DNA from: Octopus sinensis | Taxonomy: Eukaryota | Direction: 5' to 3' | DNA length: 64,000 nucleotides | Assembly: GCF_006345805.1 (NCBI RefSeq) | Contig: NC_042999.1 | Coordinates: forward strand, 70,866,001 to 70,930,000 | Part shown: in pieces, positions 12,637 to 23,633 of the stretch | Layout: each line of letters begins with the position of its first letter | Position numbering within the stretch: the stretch's first letter is position 1 | Translations under genes and position numbers: made by a program | Notes under the pieces: model-generated | What the model was told of the DNA's origin: nothing | Database searches by the model: none | What the model saw: only the letters and a program-made list of their open reading frames with translations

Positions 12637-12653
12637 TACAAAAAGTAAAAGTT

Positions 12654-14068
12654 CTACTTACATTTCGTTGGAGAGGTTGGGGCTGACCTCACCACACATT
12701 TGTGGGCCCCTTCTTTCTCCTCCTTTTTCAGATAGTCCGGCAAGTTCGCGATACGCCGGATGGCGTTTGGGTGTCTGTCTTTTAATTGTTTGAACGTTGT
12801 TTCCGCAATCCACGCATATCTTTCGTTTCGATCTTTGTGTTTGTTGTACAGTCTTGCTGTGTGATGCGGAACCACAATATCGTTTATATATTTGTTTTGT
12901 GTATCATATTCAATTAATATGAGTTCATTTTTTTGTCTTCTTTTTCTGGGCCAGTTGGGCGGGATTTTTTTTTTGGTGTCTGTGGTGTGTCTTTGTTTTT
13001 ATTATTTTTTGTAGGGGATATGGACGGGGATGATGCACGAATTCTTTTACGAATTGTTGTAAATCCCCCCTCTGATACCTCCATGGTATCGTCTGGGGTA
13101 GCAATATTTTGTTCAGTAGGCGCCGCAGTTTTTAAGGGGGTGGGAGGTTTTAATAATGTAGGGGTTTGTGAGTGCAAGGGCTGGGTTTTTTTGTCAGTTT
13201 GTTTTGGGGTTGGCACCGTAACAGCAGGAGTGGGACTTTTTGTTTTTGTAAGGGTAGGTGAGTTTGCAAGGGTAGGGATTTTTTTATTATCTGAGGGGCC
13301 TGGTGTCTGCGGTTTCTTTTGCTTGTCTGGACGGTCTACACGAATGTGGCCCTTTTTGCCGCAGGCGTAACAGGTGGGTTTTCGGCCTTCGACCTGTACC
13401 CTGAGGGCCACATTCTCGCCCACGAGCACCCTCTCAGAAAGGAGCTGCAGGTCCTCCGGTGTTCCTTGAATTATTATATTAATGTCTCGCCCAAGCCAAT
13501 ATTGAGGGGCAGAGCATGTTACCTGTAATATTTTAATTTTGTCCGTCCTTTTATATAACAGGGCGGCCACTACCTCTACCGGATCTACTTCCGGCGGTGC
13601 TTCTGCAATCTTGACCCGGGACGTCCTGCGTCCCCTATAGGTTGGCAGAAGTACCACCTCCTTGGTTTTTAGGGGATTCACAGAATGCTCGCGGGCCACC
13701 TCTTCCTCCGAGAAGCGGACCTTCACAGTGCCATATGCCCGTCCCCTGGCGACGTACACAATGTCCTTTCAAATCGGGGACAGGCATTTCTCGATAGTAT
13801 TCTTTTCAAAGTGTTTGAACCTTCTGCTTTGTGGACAGAAGGTTTTAAACACTACGGTCCGCTTCTCGGTCTCCACGATACTGGCGGAGGGTGATATTTT
13901 AACATCACCGCCCTCCTCTTTCATTCTTTTAAATAGCTCGACGAGCTGATTGACATTGATGTCAATGTTCTCGGTTGCCACTGCGGCTACCGCAGAAATT
14001 TTTTTACTACAGTTATCAACATTGCTCTCCTCAAGAGCACTATTTTCGTGAATAATCTCAACAGACAT
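12654..14068 (-). pseudogene. ORF1 (gag-like nucleic-acid-binding protein) of element A, with in-frame TGA at 13769-13771 and a probable 1-bp indel in the A7 run near 12930
   Basis: track ORFs 13769-14098 and 12914-13759 are in the same frame (..CLSPI*KDIVYVARG); knuckle CYACGKKGHIRVDR (CX2CX4HX4 with final C changed to R); the frame of ORF 12654-12875 is open upstream to the A-run and ends 18 nt before the ORF2 ATG. Confidence 0.75.
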
Positions 14069-14510
14069 TATTCTGTTGATATTAGTAATAGACAACAAAA
14101 AAATTACAAATATTAGTTTCCCACAAAAATGGGAAACCTATAAAAAGTTTTTCTTCCAAAGCAGTTCAATGAGTGGTAAAAAGCAGTTCAAAAATTTCAA
14201 TTCCCACCCCCATTCAGGGGAGGGGCACGAAAATAGTCTGGCAAGACTATATACAGTCACGTAGATAAAAAGTCACAATGGCTAACAGTTCAACAGTAAC
14301 AAATTATCCAATTATTCCTCGGTAAAACCGGGGAACAAGACAGTTCGACAACGTTCAAAAACAAATTTTCAGTAGTAAAATTCAACAAGTTCCAGATGGT
14401 ACGAAGTAATATTAACAACACAGCAAAACTCTTACTGGGAAGAAAACGCGTCCAAACCGTAGTAAGGTAAGCAAAGTCACTTTTCAGTCAGTGAGGTTAG
14501 CAAGCTACTT

Positions 14511-15944
14511 TATTTTATCCGATTTGCCATAAAGGCAGTACACAGATGGGACAATACAACACATGTGGGGACATATAACAATTAAAAAATGAAATATGAT
14601 ATAATGAATGAACATGAAAATGCACATGAAGAACAAATTAAAATATGATAATATGAATGATATCTGAAAATGATATTATGAAGAGTGTGCTACTCACCCC
14701 ACACTGAGTAACACAACTCGCTGTCTCTGGGTCCTGAGTCCTTTTTCTCTTTTCGTTCAGTCCTGTCACTTGATGGTAACCTCTCCGTCATGCATTCATA
14801 ACCTTTTTTTCCGGGAGGGGGGTCTTCTAAATTTTGTGGTGTCTGTTCTTTTTTTTCTTTTTTTCTTGAGAGGAAATGGTGTGGGTGGGTTTGGTGTCTG
14901 TATGTGGGTCTGAGTGGTCTTGGGTGGGATGGGGTTGGACTGGGGTGCCACATCATAATCAGTGTCTTTTCTTTTTTTCTCTTTCTTCTTGTGCGCTCTG
15001 CAACTTTCCATTCCTCCTTTTCATCGCTTCCTTCGTCTATTTTTCTTTTCCCTCTCTTTTCTCTTCTGTCTCCGCAACCACATCCTCGGCCGTAGTCTTT
15101 CGTAGAGGGCAGTATGCTCTAATGTGGCCCTTTTGGCCACATTTAAAACAACGTGGTACTCTGCCCTCTACCCACACCCTCAGCACGATTTCCCCCAGCG
15201 TCACAGTTTCTGCCAAGTTCTCAAGTTGTTCCTCCTCCGTCTGAATGATTAATTCGAGCGTCCTTCCTTTGCACCCTCCTTCTTCTGTTTCTGTGGATTG
15301 GATGACAGCCACCTTCTCCTGGCTTCCAACAAGGACAGCTGCCGCTACCCAAGCCCCTTCTACATCCGGCGGAATTGCTTCTACCCTCACTTTAGAAGTT
15401 TTTCTTCCAAGGTATTTGGGCAGAAGTACTACCTCCTCCGTTTTCACCACCACACTTGCCAGCCTCATTGCCTCTTCAGCTGTCCTAAATTGGACGACCA
15501 TTGTTCCGTATCTTTTTCCTTTTGTGATGTATGTGATTTCTTTTGACCTCTCTCTTAGCGCTCTTTCTGTATCCGCTTCCACCTGTTCAGCCCTTCTTCC
15601 TTTTAAAGAGAACACCTTATAGGTGATAGTCTTCCTTTCCATCTTCTCCATAATTCCTTGGGGGGGGGGGCGACAGTCTTACGTCCCCTCCCACCTTCTG
15701 TAGCATCATGCCATGGTTTTTCATACCAGCCAAGTCCAGCTCCTTTCGTCTCTTCTCAGTGACCTCTGCAAAACTCCTGGTCTTTTCTAGCATACTGTCC
15801 ATTGCTATGACCGCCCTCACGGGCTCCTCCTCTGAAGACAACTCAGACCCGGTAAGGTCTGAGTACATTGTCTTACCGTAGCAACAACACCGACGTCCGA
15901 CTCGCACACAAACGACAAACCAAATGCACTATGGGTAACCGGAT
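14511..15944 (-). mobile_element. ORF1-only non-autonomous Tx1-related element B (HAL1-like), 1434 bp
   Basis: ORF1 homologue with intact CFKCGQKGHIRAYC; no APE/RT sequence; 3' 45 nt similar to element A; TSD GCAAGCTACTT (14500-14510) / GCAAGCTATTT (15945-15955). Confidence 0.85.
14690..15868 (-). pseudogene. ORF1 of element B, frameshifted at G11 (15660-15670) and at an A-run near 15040
   Basis: GGDVRLSPP/MEKMERKTITYK aligns with GGDVKISPSASIVETEKRTVVFK of A; shared blocks YGT, KTxEVVLLPxYxGRxTS, LRVxVEGRxPxC; about 40% identity by hand alignment. Confidence 0.75.
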
Positions 15945-15955
15945 GCAAGCTATTT

Positions 15956-15976
15956 ACCATACAGCCACTCCTGTGG

Positions 15977-15977
<1 letters not shown>
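15956..15977 (-). mobile_element. displaced 5' head (A-box) of the SINE-1 copy at 8625-9017
   Basis: ACCATACAGCCACTCCTG matches the intact head ACCACACAGCCACTCCT at 40699-40715. Confidence 0.85.
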
Positions 15978-16019
<42 letters not shown>

Positions 16020-16209
16020 TAAATTTTTCCGTAATGAGATAAAAAACCAAGGCTGTGCTGATATATGACCTACGTTAGACCCCTTATTCATATAATCACT
16101 GAACATGGAACTCGACTATGGTCTATTTATAGCACTTATTCAACATTACCTGACACCTTTGGGTCTCACTGACACCTTTGGGTCTCACTGACACCATTAC
16201 TTCTCATAA

Positions 16210-16245
<36 letters not shown>

Positions 16246-18279
16246 TTTTGCCTATACGGCTGTAGCTTGCGGCCACAAGCATTAATATTTCACACGAGCA
16301 TTAATGTTCTTTATTTATTTTTACGCATATATGTATATATATCTTAACGCTTGTTTTTATGCTTAGTTATAATAAAAGCAATTTTACATTAATCTGACTG
16401 TATGATTTTTGTAGAGTACAAATTTATTATTCTTAAACAAAAATATTTTTGACAGTGATTTTGAAGCTTCAACCAGTTAACTCATTATGTGTGTATGCCC
16501 ACACACATACACACACACGCACACAATAGAATCTCTCGTCGAAGACGAGGTATGAGTGTTCGGTCTTTGCTGAACGACCGACAAAAATGATTTGTTCTAC
16601 AGTGATCAAGCGTATGTGCTCTACATTAGCCCAAGAAGGGAGCACACTGTAACAGTTGTTGGTGGGAACAGATTTCCAATAACAGCCACAAAGTAGTAGG
16701 GGGAAGCTAACATAGCAAATATCTTTAAAAATGGTTTGAATTGCGATAAGAAAAACCTGGTATGACGCAAAATATATGGCAGCTCAAAATATTTGGCAGG
16801 CCTGAACCGACCAATGTGCATCCTAGCACCTGGTGAACGAAGGTAAACTAAGGTAAACTAAAGAAAGATAAGTGTGCGTATAGCTTTCACCGGTATACCT
16901 CAATGACAAAAAACCCGAAACAAGCACTTTAAGAACGAAGTCCATGGAGATATTTGTTCTGTGGTGAGTTACAAACACTCATTGTCACTTTCGCCGTCAA
17001 AAGTATAGTGATTGACAGGTCGGAAACTTGAAATAAACGATGCGATCCTATTGTTCATCAATTACGACATAAATACATAAGAAAAGCAAGACGTTAACCT
17101 AATTAGAGCCACATTATATTATTATGAAATAGGAAATAAATGACATAACTGTCTCTCAAGTAAAGAAACTGTCTTCCAAATAAATTAATACATAAACGTC
17201 GCGACATAGCTGGAATATATCTTAAGGAAAGTTTTGTAAATGGACAATAGAACCTTTTTGAAGTTCTGTACGTAAATTACAAAATCGAAGTGGGCAGACG
17301 GTCAAAGTAATAAAATATAACTTACTGCTAGAAGTAATGGGAAAGTTGTAAAGGATGGGGATGTTTAAAAAAAAAAAAAAAACAGAAACAGAGAAATGAA
17401 CGAGAGCACAGTAAAACAAAAATAAAACGAAACACCATGAAAATGTAAAAAGAGATGTGAGGAATATATATAAAAATTACAACTTAAAAAACATCTTAGA
17501 AAGTGTGTGACAACTACTTGAAAACAAAACGCAGCTCTCCCTTGAAAATCGAAGAATTGTAAGAAAGCAAATTAATTGATTATCGATATTGAGGAGAAAA
17601 ATGGCAAAACTGTCTCTGTGAAGCTTGACTTAAAACGAACGGCAGGTAGAAAGGTTTTGGTATCGTTATAGACCAAAATTTTGGGGTGAAATGTTTATTT
17701 CATGTGAATTGCATGTCTTTTGTGTTTAGTATTTCGAGCAAATAAGCTCTGTAGAAACATTTGACCCATTAATACAAAACATGATATTATTTTCATGAGA
17801 AAAAAAAATGGTAATATAAACCACGAGGGATTTAAATTCAGAAGAAATCGTCGTTGAAATGTTTTTTTATTGTCATTGTCAGTATGGAAGGCGAATGGCA
17901 GAATCGGTGCAGCACCAGACAAAAGAGTTTGTTGTATTTAATAACATCTCTTTACGTCTTAGTGGAAATTTAATAGGCACAGCGATAGTAGTTGTATCGA
18001 AGAGGTTTGCGTTGCAATTATATAATTTAAGGATCGATCCCATTGCAAGGTACCCATGAACATGTTTTCTTCTATCGCCTTGAATCGAACAACACTTTGA
18101 CTCACTTCTGCCAAATATCCACAATCATAAAATAGGCCGTAGTTATGATATCTCGTATTGGCACAGTGTCACATATTTTATGGGAAAGGTACACTCTATT
18201 AAATAAACTCCAATACTTGTTAATACTATTTTAGCGAGAATAAAAAATGTTGCATCTTATCCGACGCTCTACTGGTTCA

Positions 18280-18460
18280 ACAACAACAACAACAACTACT
18301 ACTACTACTACTACTGCTGCTGCTGGTACTGTTGCTGCTGCTGCTGGTACTGTTGCTGCTGCTGCTGGTACTGTTGCTGCTGCTGCTGGTACTGTTGCTG
18401 CTGCTGCTGGTACTGTTGCTGCTGCTGCTGCTACTACTACTACTACTACTACTACTGCTA
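18280..18460. repeat. (ACT)n/(GCT)n compound repeat containing a 21-bp minisatellite GCTGCTGCTGGTACTGTTGCT (about 5 copies)
   Basis: direct reading. Confidence 0.9.
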
Positions 18461-21400
18461 CTAAGGCACGAAAAGCTGGAGGAAACGTTGCGGGATATAA
18501 GATCTACCCTTCTATCGTAATGTGAGAGCAAATTTCTTCAGGATTTTCTTCCAAATTCTCGATAGGACTTTCCCATTGCAACACAGATGTCATAGTATTT
18601 TCAATATGAATACAATTAAGTTGTTTTACTCCACCACATTCATTGTGGTGGCTTCTAATAAAGCAAGCTTACATGATACAATGTTGGCATTGCCCTTGGG
18701 ATCGGAATGGATGACTCCAGAGATGCCCCAAGCAAACATACCGTGTAGTCCGCTCTAATAGAATCTTCCGAGGATAGGAATAGCCACATGCCTGGGGGAA
18801 CGTTCGGGAACAGCACCGTCTTCAGTGGAACCAGATATATCACACAGAGTTGTTTTTAACCAATCTGCTTCCTTATCCAACTCTACTACGAGTGAGGCGA
18901 CAAAGGGACCCTTTGACCGTGTTACCCCACTCTAAGCTGTAACAGCAGAACTCCTGCGGAATTACCCATAGGAAGACACTACGTCCAGACCAACGGAGTG
19001 TAAAAATATGCGGTGAAAACTCATAGTAAAAGTAAATTTCGCATTGGGGCCATGCATCGTTTTGCACTGGTATTATTTTTCCTAATCAAGACTTAGGTTC
19101 TCTACATCACTAGTGAATATGTTTATTGTATAGCTGATAGTAAGGTTAAGTATAGTTTGGTGGTGAGTTGCATCCGGTCCTATCGGTCGGGCAGGTGTCT
19201 CTGCGGACTTTGCATCAAAGAGGAGTTAGAGATTATATTAACAAGAAATCGATTACTTAATAAGCGTAATGAGAAAGAGATGTTTTGCACCCACAGAACG
19301 TCTCGTATCTTTGGACACTACTGAGTGGATCATAACCGTAACTATGACGAGATAGACTAGTCTTAAGCTCTTACCCAAAGTATTATGGGAAAAATGTTTG
19401 CCACTCAGCCATTGTAGTGTCGTAGCAGTTGAACGATGAAATCTGTCCTGTATCCTATATAGTAATATGTCAATTGTCTATCCCTCGCATTTGCACCTCT
19501 GTCACCCTACCTAACAGTACATGTCCCCTAACCACGCCTGTCTCTGGGAAATCTTGGGTGGAATATCGAGTAATTCCAAAACAATTATCAAGCATTTTAC
19601 TCGTAATAAACAGATAATCTAATACCCAAAATGGCTTGTTCTTCCGGTCGACACTACATTATCTGAAGTTCGTTCCCTCTTCTTTCGTCAATCAAATTCA
19701 CAGCCCGTCGCTATAGTAGAAGACACCACGCTATGAAATCAAACGTCACAAAGCCACCGTCTTAATTAAACGGTTACGCCTGTGCCTATCTATATGAACA
19801 CAAAATATTCATTGTTAAGTAGAAGAAAATCATATATAATTTACTAGGAAATATAGGGAGTTGCTTCATTGCTTCATTGCTTCATTGTATTTCATTTGTT
19901 TTAACTGTTTCAACATGATCGTTCACTATGAGTAGGCTATTCATTTGAATACATTCATAAAAACCATTACAAGAGGATAAGGCAAGTTAATCATGGTGTC
20001 CATGCAATGTAGTCGATTTAACTGCTGGCGAATGATTTTTTTTTTAGATTTTCCTAAGTATTCTTTAGTTTAAAGCTGAATCACTTTACAACAATTTCTT
20101 TAAATTTCTTTCACGAATCAATTTTTTTTTATTGTTTATGAGATAGCTCACTACTTGGTAAATCAACAGCAGAAGTAATTAGTATGGCTCAAATATATTT
20201 CTGCCTATAGCTTTATCATTTCAATTACTTGTATTTTATTTCATTCACGCAGATTATCATTCTTGCTTGTCATGCAATTTAAATAATTTAACTTCTGGGA
20301 AGGGATTGTTTTGAGAATTTCCCAAGCAGTCTCTTGCCGAAAGCTGCATGGTTTTACGAGAAAATGTTTATTGATAGGGAGAGTCTTCTTCAAATATCTT
20401 TCTTAACTTGCTGAACATTCAGTAATGTAAAATGTTTCACCGAATGTTAAATCAATGACAGATCTAATTTGTATGGGTAAATATGTTGCTGCCTATTTTA
20501 TTTCATTCACACGTTTGCTTGCTTGAGGACAGGCAAAATAGTGTGACACACTTTCCTTTATACCTTTTACTCTATTTAAAGAAATGAAAAGTTTCAAAGA
20601 TAATAAATAGAATTCGATATTAAATAGATGTGAGACTGACTGAAACTTAGAGTTCAACAAAACTATATCAAAGCGTTCTACTATTGCTAGCATTTCTGAG
20701 GGAAATCAAATGCGAAATACAGTTTTGCCAAACGGCAGAAAATTTCAAGTAATATAAGTGTGTGTAGGTTCTCTCTCAGATCGGTAGCAGTTGTTCTCGT
20801 TATTGATAATGATAGTCTAGTGAAGATAATAAAGATGATTACTGTTGATTAAAAAATAGAATAGAATAAAAAATAAGTAAAATAAAATTATGATTGAAAA
20901 AAGGCAATTTTTAATGGTTAAAAGTTAATTTAAATAGGTTAATGTCTGGCATGTCTAACTTGTAGAATTATTCTACCACTATTACTTCTAATAATTAGAA
21001 GTATATATAGTAAAAATAAGTATAGCAAGCACATATGCGGACACATAATTTACAACTTTCACGTGCATCTGACGTTTGCCTAGCATTTCGTTCGCTGCTG
21101 TGATATTTCTTTTTCTTCTATTCATCTTCCTCCTATCTTGATAAAGAATATTTATCTGAAGCGTCAATTACTTTTTTCTCATTGACAGTGCAACAACTCT
21201 TCTTTTCTGCACAGAATGTCTTTCAGATGCTGGCATCATAAACAAAGGATACTCGTGTTAACGTGGCAGCCTGTGTATAGTTACTTGGCAGGCCAGAAAT
21301 AGCATCCTATCTTCCTTAAATAACACTTAATCGCATTGAAAAAGGAAAGGGATACATCGGGTAATGTAGCCCTATACATGTGGTACATAAGACACAGGTG

Positions 21401-21894
21401 GGATGGTCATGACTTAAACGACTTCGACAGTAGGTTTCCTCGTTCAGAGAACCTCTAGAGTTCGTGCATAGCAGTAACAGAAAGCAAAGAAATGAAACAT
21501 CTCTTTGAACTAGGCTCTATGAATAGTTCCATACTGTCTCCTCATATTTAAACCCTCCCCAACATCAGACATTCCTCATGGATCACCATAAAGGTAGATA
21601 TCAGTTAATAATATGATGCATAACTGAAAATCTTTCTTCACTAAATACATGTGTATGTGCGTGTATGTGAGTAATTACGAAGGGGATGAAAAATAAAAAC
21701 ATTTTCAATAGTTATCACATCTACCTAAATTTCAAACATCAATGAACAAATAAAATAATTTGCCATCCGTATTCTCATCAGCACGGGCGCTACAATTAAT
21801 ATATATTTATGGGATATTGAAGACAGCACATGTTCCATCTAAATACATTATAATTTTTCAAATTTACCGCGCAAGCGCAGTTATAGTCTGCAGC

Positions 21895-22062
21895 AAATAA
21901 AATATATGTGCCAGCATTCTTCAAAATTCCGAAATTATATTAAGAAAAAATATGTATAGTGTATAAAAATTAGAAAAAAATTCCACCAGTGGCTAGCATG
22001 CATAAAAGAGTTCTTAATATAATTTCGTACTTTTAAAGAATGCTGGCACATATATTTTATTT
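21895..22062. mobile_element. small MITE-like inverted repeat
   Basis: AAATAAAATATATGTGCCAGCATTCTT / AAGAATGCTGGCACATATATTTTATTT plus an inner GAAATTATATTAAGAA / TTCTTAATATAATTTC pair. Confidence 0.65.
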
Positions 22063-22639
22063 CGTCTGAGTATAAGAAACAATATTGAGTTTGGTTAGGG
22101 CTGGTGATATTCAAATGTTAGAGTTGTTTGTAAGTTGGTAGAGAGCCAACTTACAGATTTCTATTATATTAAAAAGTTAAATGCATCAAATATTTGCTGC
22201 TGTTTCGATTTATTTGTATTCATCTGCGAAGCTTAGTCAGCACGAGCCCGCTTGGTTCGTACTTTTCTACGCTTTTTTCACTAGTTTTAGCTCGAGAGCT
22301 GCGACCATACTGGGGCACCGCCGTTACTTGTAGGGAAAACAAATATAGTTATAAAGATATGGAGCCCACCAGTAATTTGAAAACTATTACAATAGTTGAG
22401 CTAAAGGGAATTACTCAAATAAACCATTGGCATGGATTACGAAAAATCATGAAGGTGTTGAAATACTGAAGTAGTTATTCAGAAGATGCTTAAAATTCAC
22501 TGTTATTTGGAGAAAGAAAACAAAAGCTAACAGCAATCGTTGCTGAATTACTACGAAAAGGGAGATAATTTAAAGGAGTGAATTGAGTTTTAAAAATTTA
22601 ATCGTTATGCTTAAGAGATATCTGAAGTTTGTCGACTTG

Positions 22640-23100
22640 CAAGCCATCTCTTGTAGAGTATACCTAGCAACATAACCAAGCCTTGAGCATCCTTACCGAT
22701 GCACTAAACAGCAGGCAGATTTGAGAGAAGCTCTTATATTTCGGAGATATATTGCAATTACAAAGCTTCGCTCTGACTTTGTGGTGTGGTCTGATTTGAC
22801 AAAACGAGATTCTGAATGTTAAGTTGATAATGTTTTGAGAAGATAATTTGAGTAGGATAATTAAAGGAAGAATCTAAAGTATGAAATCTGCCAAGGAATT
22901 GTGTGAGGCACGAGGATAACAGTGTATGTTACTTTCAATACAAATGAGATGTTGAGGATTTGAGGCTAGGTCTACAATATCCTATTTGGATGCCTTGGAA
23001 GAATAGTGCAGCAGTGATTTTTGAGCAGGAGTGGGAAGTAGAAAGTAATTCATCGTGGATATGGTAGAGGTATGCACGAGGAAGATCAAACCTGCGAGCC
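22640..23100 (+). mobile_element. decayed C-terminal RLE domain of an R2-superclade (NeSL/HERO-like) non-LTR retrotransposon
   Basis: IAITKLRSDFVVWSDLTKR .. ELCEARG .. GFEARSTISYLDALG resembles the RPD..ELTVPWE..KY..GF PD-(D/E)xK domain; many stops and frameshifts. Confidence 0.55.
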
Positions 23101-23352
23101 AAAACAAATCATCATCAGTGAGTAGTGAAACAAAATGTTTGCCCTATTGTTGGAGTGATTAAAGTTGGTTCAGTATGATGGCTGCATGGGTAACAGAGGG
23201 GAAAACCGTGCCACAGTCAAGAATGTGGATAAAAAAATTTGAATATTTTTCGGTAGAATCATTGGAAGGAAACATACTGCAATCCTGAAAATGTTGACAG
23301 CTGATGAAATAAATGTTCCGCCGTGCAAGCGGTATGTAACCGTATACACACT

Positions 23353-23586
<234 letters not shown>

Positions 23587-23602
23587 ATGTTTGTATGTAT
23601 AT

Positions 23603-23633
<31 letters not shown>

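Larger units (their letters stand above)
9018..14494 (-). mobile_element. near full-length Tx1-clade (L1 group) non-LTR retrotransposon, element A, 5477 bp, 16-bp TSD GGTTAGCAAGCTACTT
   Basis: ORF1 with zinc knuckle plus ORF2 APE-RT-Cys domain; identical 16-mers at 9002-9017 and 14495-14510; A-rich 3' end ..ATGAAATA. Confidence 0.92.

Noticed and set aside
13769-13771. Idea that the in-frame TGA codons in ORF1 and ORF2 are programmed read-through or selenocysteine codons
   Set aside because: A TAA stop and a knuckle mutation also occur, so ordinary decay is simpler; no SECIS element was identified.
18560-19620. Possible Gypsy integrase remnant (KHFSHN..VSKDTRR)
   Set aside because: Similarity is too weak and fragmented, and no LTRs were found.
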